A program made the translations under genes and the position numbers. A DNA stretch of 64,000 nucleotides from Rhodospirillales bacterium (lineage in GTDB: Bacteria > Pseudomonadota > Alphaproteobacteria > Rhodospirillales > GLO-3): NCBI GenBank assembly GCA_003354135.1, contig PIVK01000016.1, positions 2,224 to 66,223 of the forward strand. The letters run 5' to 3'. Each line of letters starts with the position of its first letter. Within the stretch, counting starts at the first letter, position 1. Shown here in pieces: positions 36,692 through 45,700 of the stretch. The notes beneath the pieces are model-generated. The model ran no database searches, was not told the DNA's origin, and saw nothing but the letters and a program-made list of their open reading frames with translations.

Positions 36692-36827
36692 TCTGTAATG
36701 ACGGCGCAGCTGTGCCGGGGTCAATGCGGTATCGAATGCTATCGTTGCGTATTTGTCCTGCAAAGCAGTCCACAACGGAATCGACGGCTTCGGTTTGATA
36801 GGACTGGACCTTGAATCTCAGCTTCAT
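36692..36827 (-). pseudogene. N-terminal remnant of a type III restriction res / DEAD-box helicase gene
   Basis: MKLRFKVQSYQTEAVDSVVDCFAGQIRNDSIRYRIDPG is the typical res-subunit N-terminus. It breaks off after ~45 aa at the IMPase fragment. Confidence 0.5.
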
Positions 36828-36971
36828 TGTTTCGACCCCTTGAAGGTCACAAACGTTGCGTTGGCGCTGTAGCAGGATTGAACCATTCGGAATTTCCGAA
36901 GGGTTGCTCTGGAGAAGCTTTTCTGCCCGTCCCACAGAATTATTCTGCATTTATTCTGCAAAAGGCGTTTT

Positions 36972-38615
36972 TTATTCTGCGTTTTTTATCACCAAAACCC
37001 ACTGAGAAGCTTTCTTAGGCCCTTGATTTTCAATAACTCCCGACCTTTTTAGTTTGGTCAAAAGATTGTCCAGCTTCCTTTTTTTCTGCACCGGTGTCAG
37101 GGCCTCGCTTAATTTATCGAGCAAAAGATTATCGATCTCTTCGCGTGACGCCGTGTTGAATTTTTGCAAATAATCGGTAATCAGCTTGGCGTAAAATTCA
37201 TCATCTTGTGCCCGTGTACGAATGTAGGCGGTCCTGCTGGCCGTCGCCGCCGCAACCGTTGCTGACACATGGAAATTGGGTTTACGCCCTTCGATCAGTT
37301 TGTTACGGCGCAAGCGTTTGATCATGTCATCGGTCAACGGCAGGTGTTTCTGCACCCGGTCGAGGGCCAGGATTTCATCAAGCGGCAAATCGGTTTTCTG
37401 GATTAGCATGCGGCTGTATGCCGGATCGACCACCCGGCCATGAATGGTGAGTTTTACCGCCCCCGCCTCTTTCAGGTCGTAATCCGGCATGGGGAAATAT
37501 CGTTTGGCTTGGCTGACATGGATTGAGTGAATGCCGTAACCCATGGTGTCGATCATATTCAGTTCGGCCATGACCTGGGCAAGAAACGGGTTTCGATAGC
37601 GGCGCGGAGTTTTTTCTCCCGTAATGTAGTCGTCGGGCGCGCCTTCAAAGAAAGCGCCTTCGTTTTCAAACACCAGACGGTCGGGAAACTCCGTGACGAT
37701 AACGCGGCCGTTACGGGCGTAATCCTGGTGAGCGATACAGTTATGCAGAGCCTCCAGAACACTACGCTGATCATATTTAGCGACTTCGATCGCCAGCAAT
37801 TGATCTTCTGGCAGAATACGGACCTGAATGTTGCGAATTTTACCATAGAGCGCGGTACTGTTGAGCAAAAACGGTGCGCCGAAATGTTCATAGGCGCGCT
37901 CTTCTCCCTCCAGCTTCCAGGTAAGCTGCGCCGGGTGGGGGGTTAGCAAATGAGTGGCTTCCGGCTTGCCGAGCAACAGTAAAGCCGTGCGCGTGATCTG
38001 ACCGTTCTGAGTGACCTTTGCCCGGTCCAGAAACGTCGCCAAGGGCCATTCCATGACTTCTTTTTCGGGAATGCGGTTGGCGTGTTTGCGGGCGAACGCC
38101 TCTCGCGCCATTTGCGCGGCGGCCTCGTCCAGATCATCGAGTGTGGCACCGGGCACCGTTTGCGCCGACCAGTCGGTCGCCCCCGTTTGCTGGCGAATTT
38201 CATCCTGCTTGTCCAGCCCCAGCCCAACCAGGCTTTCTCCGGCACGGGCATAGTAATGCCCCTTCCAGGCAATCGGGATGCCGTGCGGGGTCGCCGGAAT
38301 TTGCATCATCACAACACGGCCCTGCGCATGTTGCAGAACATGCAGTTCCTTGAAGTGAATTCCCGGGTCCGTATCGTCGGCGATTTGCCGTTTTAGGCTC
38401 TGCAAACGCTCCGGTTCCTGGCGGTAATCGGTGCCTACAACGTGTCGGTCATCATTACGCACACCGAAAACAAGCCATGCTTGCTCAAGCCCCCGCAGAT
38501 TGGCTTCGTTGGCGAGTGCCGAGAAATAGCGCCCGATTTTATCTGTGCTGAAATCATTCGTCGCTTCCTTGAACTCGATCACCTCGTTTTCCCAGGTATC
38601 GATCAGGTCGTTCAA
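36972..38615 (-). CDS. AlbA_2 (Schlafen-type) domain protein with HATPase_c_4-like and C-terminal wHTH regions
   Basis: ENEVIEFKEATNDFSTDKIGRYFSALANE...WLVFGV is the AlbA_2 region. ALHNCIAHQDYARNGRVIV is the ATPase-like region. The C-terminus looks like a winged helix. Confidence 0.75.
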   Translation of the reverse strand: MNDLIDTWENEVIEFKEATNDFSTDKIGRYFSALANEANLRGLEQAWLVFGVRNDDRHVVGTDYRQEPERLQSLKRQIADDTDPGIHFKELHVLQHAQGRVVMMQIPATPHGIPIAWKGHYYARAGESLVGLGLDKQDEIRQQTGATDWSAQTVPGATLDDLDEAAAQMAREAFARKHANRIPEKEVMEWPLATFLDRAKVTQNGQITRTALLLLGKPEATHLLTPHPAQLTWKLEGEERAYEHFGAPFLLNSTALYGKIRNIQVRILPEDQLLAIEVAKYDQRSVLEALHNCIAHQDYARNGRVIVTEFPDRLVFENEGAFFEGAPDDYITGEKTPRRYRNPFLAQVMAELNMIDTMGYGIHSIHVSQAKRYFPMPDYDLKEAGAVKLTIHGRVVDPAYSRMLIQKTDLPLDEILALDRVQKHLPLTDDMIKRLRRNKLIEGRKPNFHVSATVAAATASRTAYIRTRAQDDEFYAKLITDYLQKFNTASREEIDNLLLDKLSEALTPVQKKRKLDNLLTKLKRSGVIENQGPKKASQWVLVIKNAE

Positions 38616-38714
38616 GGTTTATGTTAATTGATTTTCGTCCATAGTGCGCCTCATGGAACAGTTTGACGAACTTGGTCAGGCGGATCACCCACCCTTCGGG
38701 TGTGGTCGGCGAAT

Positions 38715-39644
38715 TCACCGTTTCTTGTCCCATGCCTCGATCATGTCTTCAACGCGTTTCTTGTCATCGGGATCAAGCTTGCCGAACTTCCGAAAGAAGG
38801 CCTCCCTTACGGCTTTTTCATCGGGATCTGCCGGCTCGTCGAGCAGATCATCCGGTGTCGCCTCCAGGGCCGTCGCGAACTCCATGATTTCCCGGTTCTC
38901 CGCCATCAGGACGCCGGTATGGAGCCGGTCCCATTTCATCCCGGTTCCGTCCGGCTGGACGACGCATCCCCCCGCTTCCGTCACGGCCAGGGCGGCGGCC
39001 GCGAAGTCCCAGACCTTCCCTCCCCGGCAGTTGACGTATAGGGCTGCATGTCCCCGCAGCAACGCCACGGCGCTCCCGACGGCGGTGGCAAGGGCGCGGT
39101 TCGCCAGGCTGGCGGCGACGATCTCCGCCATCCAGGCGAATTCGTTCGTTCGCAGGTGTGCATTGAGTTCGAAAAGGGCGATCCCGTCCGAAAGGCGTTG
39201 CCCCTGGTCCAGGACGACGCGACGGCCGTCCAGCCATGTGCCGCCACCCCGCCAAGCGGTAAGCGTCGATCCGAGGGCAGGCTGGTGCAGAACCCCCGCC
39301 ACCGGTTCACCACGGTCCACGAACGCCAGACTGAGGCCCCATTCGGGACACCCGTGGACGAAAATGTTCGTTCCGTCGAGTTCGTCTACGGCGATGTACG
39401 TTTCCGGCAGAACCGCGTCATTGTCCTGCTCTTCCATGACCAGGGGGATGGACGGAAAAGCGGCGGCGAGTTTGCCTGAAAGCACGCGGTGGGATTCTTC
39501 ATCCGCGGCCGTCACCAGATCGGCCGGAGCCTTCTTCCGCACGTCAAGCGGCCCGCCCCGCATATCCAGCAACAGCTCCCCGGCATCGCATGCAAACCCC
39601 CGAAGCGTTTCCGCGATTCCGGGAAGGTCTCGGTTTCTCCTCAT
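38715..39644 (-). CDS. inositol monophosphatase/CysQ-family phosphatase with acidic C-terminal tail
   Basis: The motifs are DLVTAADEESH, AVDELDGTNIF and WDFAAAALAVTEAGG. The start at MRRNRDL (39644) follows GGGAG. Confidence 0.75.
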   Translation of the reverse strand: MRRNRDLPGIAETLRGFACDAGELLLDMRGGPLDVRKKAPADLVTAADEESHRVLSGKLAAAFPSIPLVMEEQDNDAVLPETYIAVDELDGTNIFVHGCPEWGLSLAFVDRGEPVAGVLHQPALGSTLTAWRGGGTWLDGRRVVLDQGQRLSDGIALFELNAHLRTNEFAWMAEIVAASLANRALATAVGSAVALLRGHAALYVNCRGGKVWDFAAAALAVTEAGGCVVQPDGTGMKWDRLHTGVLMAENREIMEFATALEATPDDLLDEPADPDEKAVREAFFRKFGKLDPDDKKRVEDMIEAWDKKR

Positions 39645-39956
39645 CGACAACTCCCGAATGCCTCCCGAAGATTGGAGTTGGGCTCCCTTGGCACACAATA
39701 GATGGGTAATCTTAATAAAGGGAAAGATTGAGCAACCTGATGTTCGGCATCCTGGCGCTCACCGTGGACCAGCTCTTCCGCCTCCTGCCGCAGTTCCGCC
39801 TTCGCCGTTCCTTCTGCCGTCGCGGCGGCCAACCCGCCGCACGCTTGTTGTTATGTCGAGATGCCCGGATAACGGCCTTTTCACACATGACAAGCCACCA
39901 TCGAGGGTATATTCCCCACATCCTGGAATGTGGGTTCCTGGCCACGTGTCAGCAAC

Positions 39957-41084
39957 TCAGTTTCTGGGATAGTTTTGCACGGGCCTCTTTAGTTTATTGA
40001 GGTGAGACCAAGGCAAATGACCACCGTGCTGAAGCCTGCCAACAACGATTCCAGGTGCAATTCCCTGCTGATCGGCAAATGCACGTATAACCCGCTCACT
40101 ACGTGGCGATCCTTCTACGAACGTTGCCCATGCTTTACTTGGGATAAGAGTATTGGATGCCCACTCATCAGCCTCAGCCTCAGCCTCAGCCTCAGCCTCA
40201 AAGTCACAGCCATCGCCGTCGGCCCCCCCATCAACAAAAATACTCTTCTTGCTATGCAGCAGAATATGCCCAGCCTCGTGGAAGAAGCTGAACCAGAGAT
40301 GATCATCCGACTTGTGCCGCGCACTCAGCTGAATGACGGCCTTTCGGGGTGAGACCCACCACGCAGCACCACTGAGCGCGGTCTTGGGAAGCTGCGGCAC
40401 CAGTGCGAGGGTAACGCCTGCCTTATTACATAGCTCAACAGTCCGCTGAAGAGCTTCGTCAACCGGTTCGCGCGTTAAACCCCGGATTTTTCGGGCGGCT
40501 TGCTTAAATCGGCTCTCATTATAATCTGCACAATCTTGGCGTTCAGCTTCAAGTTCGCCAAGCCGCCGCCACGTAGCCAAAGCGACCTCGCTGCTATCGA
40601 AGCTTGGGGAATGCCGATAGGCCACATTCGCAAAACTATAGCGCGCGACCCAAGCATCGATCGATCCTACTCCAAAGAACGCAAGCAACTTCGATACGGC
40701 ATCGACATCCGATTCAGGCTGCTGAATACATCCGCGATTCATCAGATCACGAACCGGGAAGGCCTTGCTCCACTCCGCCGATGCAGCCGCACATTCTGCC
40801 TCGGTCTCCCGGGCCCTATGAAGCTGGTAGTCAGTTTCGATTCCAAGCCAGATACTGGCATCAACGCCGAGCACCTTCTCAAATTGGAGTGCCGTTTCCG
40901 GTTCAAGCGAGGCCTTACCCGCGATGATTTCGCTGATCAGCTTGGGAGAACGCCCACACCTGCGCGCAAATTCCGCATGCGAAATTCCCTGGACATCCAA
41001 ACGCTCCTCCAAAACCCACCCCGGTGGAATCGCATAGTCTGGATTATATTTTTTTGTAGCTGTGGCCATAGTCCTCTCCTCCAT
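39957..41084 (-). CDS. XRE-family HTH antitoxin fused to ImmA/IrrE-type zinc peptidase
   Basis: The N-terminal HigA-like HTH is GISHAEFARRCGRSPKLISEIIAG. The C-terminal HEXXH is FFHEAGHILLH. It lies immediately downstream of higB. Confidence 0.75.
   Translation of the reverse strand: MEERTMATATKKYNPDYAIPPGWVLEERLDVQGISHAEFARRCGRSPKLISEIIAGKASLEPETALQFEKVLGVDASIWLGIETDYQLHRARETEAECAAASAEWSKAFPVRDLMNRGCIQQPESDVDAVSKLLAFFGVGSIDAWVARYSFANVAYRHSPSFDSSEVALATWRRLGELEAERQDCADYNESRFKQAARKIRGLTREPVDEALQRTVELCNKAGVTLALVPQLPKTALSGAAWWVSPRKAVIQLSARHKSDDHLWFSFFHEAGHILLHSKKSIFVDGGADGDGCDFEAEAEAEAEADEWASNTLIPSKAWATFVEGSPRSERVIRAFADQQGIAPGIVVGRLQHGGHLPWSHLNKLKRPVQNYPRN
40171..40200. repeat. hexanucleotide microsatellite (GCCTCA)x5 inside the XRE-ImmA CDS
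   Basis: There are five perfect copies. On the minus strand they encode (EA)5. Confidence 0.9.
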
Positions 41085-41419
41085 CAGTGATAGTCGATCA
41101 CGTCCAAAATGGTGATCGCGGTCACCTGTTCCGTATCGATCCCTCCATCGCCCTTGCGCGGGAGCGATTCGTGATTGGGTTCGAAAACAAGTCTATGAGG
41201 GTGAACAAGATCGACAGCGAACTGTTCGTCTCGGTCTCCGCTGAGCTGATGTCGCCTATCCGGTGGCGTTGTCGGCACCAGCCCCAGATTACGGGCCACC
41301 TTCAAAACCGCCATTCGCTTCTTGATCACCTTCGCCATCCGCGCTCCATAGGTCTTCTGGAGAGCAACTGCCGCATTGAATGTCTTTCTGAGCTTGAGGG
41401 TCCGGAAGGCGATATCCAA
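41084..41419 (-). CDS. higB: HigB-like (COG3549 'killer protein') toxin
   Basis: The C-terminal pattern is HQLSGDRDEQFAVDLVHPHRLVFEP...ILDVIDYH. Compare the family consensus L.GDR.GQ.SIRIN.Q.R..F....V.I.DYH. Confidence 0.7.
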   Translation of the reverse strand: MDIAFRTLKLRKTFNAAVALQKTYGARMAKVIKKRMAVLKVARNLGLVPTTPPDRRHQLSGDRDEQFAVDLVHPHRLVFEPNHESLPRKGDGGIDTEQVTAITILDVIDYH

Positions 41420-41539
41420 TAATCTTACTCGTTTTCGTTACGTGATAAGTAATTATTTACACCAGAACACCAAGGGACACAAGGAGGAATACGCTGGAAA
41501 CAGCCCTACCTTCTCATCGCGGATTGATGGGCGGCCAAG

Positions 41540-42247
41540 TTATGAATGTTCACGGGCCTTCAAAATCGAGACGATCTGAGGGGCGCTCAAATCACCACCA
41601 GTCAGCATGCGCCGCATCGGCTCGAACGTCATGAGCATCTGCCTGTATCCGGTAAGCCGTCCAGAATGTGAATTCAAATCCCGGTTTTTAAACGACGGGA
41701 ACCGGTTCATCTTGTCAACGAGGAATCGCGCAATGCTGTAATGGTCAGATTCATAGTTTCCATCGAAACCAGGAAAGCGAACATCTTTACCGAATGGGTC
41801 CAGTTCCGCCGCAACCTGTTTCTTCTGCTCATCCGAGAGACGTCCGTAACCACTTTCCAGGAATAACCACATATCCAGAATATTTGCGACCTCAGAGACG
41901 ATCTGTTCACGATCCTGGTGGCTATGAAGAATGCCAGGGTATTCCCATGCCAAACCCCAATAGTGACCACCCATGAGCGCCGACAGAATAAAATCAGGGT
42001 CGACTTCGCCGTTCTTAATGTTCAGCCCACGATAGATATCGCAGAGCATGGTCATAATAAGCTTCTCGCCATCACTAATCAGCACTCCGTTTTCACCGAA
42101 CTGCTGGAGACCAACCTCCATGAGACGACGAACCGCCTCAGCCCTGGATACGCCATCATCTTGTCCTCTACGCCATCGGTCGAGCCGGTCGAGCATTCCT
42201 TGATCAAGGCGCATCTCAAATCGTTCTGTTTTAGACTTCATTGTCAA
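41540..42247 (-). CDS. YfbU (UPF0304)-family protein with N-terminal ribbon-helix-helix segment
   Basis: The N-terminus FEMRLDQGMLDRLDRWRR...SRAEAVRRLMEVGL is RHH-like. The remainder aligns by eye with the YfbU pattern (LIMTMLCDIY...ILDMWLFLE). Confidence 0.6.
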   Translation of the reverse strand: MTMKSKTERFEMRLDQGMLDRLDRWRRGQDDGVSRAEAVRRLMEVGLQQFGENGVLISDGEKLIMTMLCDIYRGLNIKNGEVDPDFILSALMGGHYWGLAWEYPGILHSHQDREQIVSEVANILDMWLFLESGYGRLSDEQKKQVAAELDPFGKDVRFPGFDGNYESDHYSIARFLVDKMNRFPSFKNRDLNSHSGRLTGYRQMLMTFEPMRRMLTGGDLSAPQIVSILKAREHS

Positions 42248-42292
42248 TCCCCATATACATTACGGCACAAATGCGGGTAGCCCGTACATTTA

Positions 42293-42307
42293 TCCGTATA
42301 ATACGGA
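42293..42307. promoter_or_regulatory. 15-bp palindrome TCCGTAT-A-ATACGGA upstream of the RHH-YfbU gene
   Basis: The arms are perfect 7-bp inverted repeats. It lies 46-60 nt upstream of ATG 42247 and contains a TATAAT/TATTAT -10-like core. Confidence 0.45.
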
Positions 42308-42784
42308 CGTTTGCCGCAGAACACAATAGGGCATGTCGGCGTGACCGTCCCACTCGCTGACATGTCGCGCTACAACCTTCAAAGGGTGCCTCGATGGGAG
42401 CCGGTCGGGTCAAAAACAATACAAGGTTGGGCCATTTCATTGAGAACCAGGGCCTAACCCAAATAACCTGAAGGTCATAGCGCCTATGCCTCTGAAAACG
42501 TCGGGTTCAGATTGAGCAACCCGAAGTATGGCAATTCGGATTTCCGTTGATCAGTCATCCTGGAAATTTCCATTTGATGTCCGGCTTTTCGGCGGACGCC
42601 CATTTGTCGTCGATTTCAACCGGGCAGTCCAGGTCCGCTTGCGCAACAAAGCCCCTTCCGGACGGCATTCGCTTTCGAATGGATGGGGATGGATTTTTGG
42701 CGGGGTTCGTGGATTAATTGTGCCCGCAGACTTTGTAAGCATTCGGAACGTGTTCGAATTTTTGATTTTGGGGAGCCTTTCGTA

Positions 42785-45700
42785 ATGATTTCGGCAAGAG
42801 GAATTCTGGTTGGTGCCTTTTTGGGGGTCTTCACCACAATTTTCCTTTCCGCGGAGGCGGTCGCGGATTTCCGGGTGGAGGCATTCTCCCCTCAGGGAAA
42901 TGTCCGTGACGTTCGGCAGGTCCATGTCCGGTTTTCCGAGGAGGCCGTCGCCTTTGGCGATCCGCGGGACCGAGATGCCCCGTTCACGACCGACTGCCCG
43001 CAAACAGCCCAATCGCGCTGGGTCGACGGCAGGAACTGGGTCCATGAGTACAAGGAGCAGCTTCCCGGCGGGGTGCGCTGTGTTTTCAACGCCCGACCGA
43101 GTTTGAAATCGTTGGCGGGTCAGCCCCTGACCGGGGAGAGCGCGTTCATCTTTTCTACGGGGGGCGCGACACCGCTCGCGGTCTATCCCGGCGAGGGGTT
43201 CAGGGACATCTCTCCCGATCAGGTCTTTATCCTGGCACTCGATGCGCCGGCCGATCCCTCGTCCGTCGAGCAGCATGCCTATTTCGAGGTGGAGGGCATC
43301 GCAAGCCGGGTGGAGGTCTCCGTCCTTCCGGCCGGGAAAACGTCCGAGATCGCAGAAGATATCTACCGCTCGGTCTGGCCGGAGCAAAGCGGGTCGGTCG
43401 AGGAAACGGCCAAAATCGCGGAAGGGATCTACCTTTTTCGCCGCATGAGGGAAAAGCCCAAGATCGGCCTGCGGGCCAAACAGAGATTCCCGCCCGGCAG
43501 GAAGATCAGGCTGATATGGGCGCGGGACATAGAAACGCCGGGCGGTGTGCCCACGGGTCGGGATGAACACCGGGCTTTCGACTACACAAGTGCGCCGCCG
43601 TTCACCGTGAGCGTTCGCTGTCGGCGAAAAGACGAGTCCGAAGGGTGTGACCCCTTAGGCGAAATTCGGCTCGTCTTTTCATCGTTTGTCGATGCGGCGC
43701 AGGTCGCGGAGATCAAACTGATGGGCGGGCCGAGGGGGAAACGGGTGGCGGAACCCAGGAGCAAGGGCGCCACGCGCCACGCGGTGTTCCATCCACCGTT
43801 TCCACCGAACACGGAATTCCGGGTGGTAATTCCGGAGAACCTGCGGAGCATGGACGGTCGCAGTCTCCCCGGAGGGGGAAGCGGAACGGTCGAAATCGCC
43901 ACCGGTGACTTTCCACCCCTCGCCAAGTTTTCCGGCCGTTTCGGTATTTTGGAACGAGAGGACAGCCCGGTCCTCCCGGTCACCATCCGAAACCTTGAGC
44001 CCGACCTGAAGGTCAGATCCGAAGTCAGCTCTTCCCCGGCCTACGGACTGCGTCATTGGCTGCAGGACGCCATTCGGGATCTTAGCGGCAGGACTCTTCG
44101 GCTGTCACCTGACCAGAGCGGGCACGCCTCGGAACAGCGCCGGGAAATCGTGCGCTACATGCAGAAGCTCCATGCAGTCGATGGCGTCGCGCAGTATCGA
44201 AACAGCCTGATCGGCGGCCAGGAAACGGGGCCGTCGGCGGAGCGGCTCAGGATTCCTCCCCCCAAAGGCAGAAACCGGACCGAAGTGGTCGGCATTCCCC
44301 TGGAGGACCCTGGTTTCTACATCGTCGAAATCGCGAGCCGAAATCTGGCGGAGCAGCTGCTGAACAGGCCCGACCGGCCGGTGGAGGAACCGCCAAAATA
44401 CATGTACGCCGCGACCGGCGCGTTGGTGACCAACATGTCCGCGCACTTGAAACGCGGGCGGGAGAACGCGTTGATTTGGGTGACCCGCCTGAACGACGCA
44501 GAACCGGTGCAGGGCGCAAAGGTCTCGGTCCTCAATTGCCGGGGCGAAGAGATTTGGATCGACGAAACCAATGCCGACGGCGTCGCGATCTCCAAGACGC
44601 CCTTACCGGAAACCCGGTGCAGTTTGCGGCCCTACCAATCCGGTCTGTTCGTTTTTGCCGAACACCGTGGCGACGTCACCTTCGCCCATTCCTCTTGGGA
44701 CGACGGAATAGAGGTCTGGCGGTTTCCGGGAACACGCCATTCGACGGCCAACAGGCAAACACCGCTGATCGGTCATACCGTATTGGGCCGCTCCCTTTTC
44801 CGGGCGGGCGAGACCGTATCCATGAAGCATTTCCTGCGGCGGCACCGGAGCAACGGCATGGATGTTCCCGATACCCTCGAGGCGTGGAACTCCATGGAAA
44901 TCATCCACCGGGGTTCGGGTCAGAAGTTTCAATTCAATCTCGACTGGGACGCGCTGGGGATCGCGCAGACCACCTGGACAATTCCGAACGCGGCCAAGCT
45001 CGGCACCTACACGGTTTCGTTCAAGAAGAAGAAAAAGAAACGCCGCTGGAAAACCATCATAACCGGGAGTTTCGACGTCCAGGAATTCAAGGTGCCTCTG
45101 ACCAGAGGAACCATCAAAGGACCGGAGACCAAGCTGGTCCGGGCCACGTCATTCCCGCTAGATTTCGGCGTCCGCTATCTTGCCGGTGGAGGGGCCGGCG
45201 GACTGCCGGTGAAACTGCGAAGCCAGTTTACCGAGGCCCGTTCCGTCTTTCGATCCAAGGGATACCCCGGTTTTGCCTTCAACGCCGGAGCCCCGCGCAA
45301 GGACCCGTGGAAACCGGAACGCCGGACACTGGCCCATACGGCGCTGAAATTGGATGACGCGGGGACCGGTCGATACACTTTGTCGGATATTCCCGCCTCC
45401 GATAAGGCGGTCAACGTGCTCACGGAAATGAGCTACCGCGATCCCAACGGGAACATTCGTACGGTCGTTCACCGCGAAACCGTCCATCCGTCCCGCTGGA
45501 ACGTCGGCATCAAGGCGAAGAGCTGGATTCCGAAAGACGGCGAACTCTCCTTTACCGCGGTACTCCTGGATTTGGACGGCACGCCCGTGCCGGGCAAGAG
45601 CCTCGGGATTGATCTCGTCAAGCAAGAACACCTATCCCACAGGAAGAAGCTTGCCGGCGGGATCTATGGTTATGAACATGAGGTGAAACTGACGCCCCTG

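Noticed and set aside
39699-39956. 259-bp gap between the XRE-ImmA gene and the IMPase gene. It holds a short hairpin (CCCACAT-CCTGGA-ATGTGGG, ~39913-39932) and a small coiled-coil-like ORF (39641-39832, minus strand).
   Set aside because: The hairpin lacks a U-tract. The ORF overlaps the IMPase start region and has no ribosome-binding site or recognisable motif. This is insufficient support for a feature.
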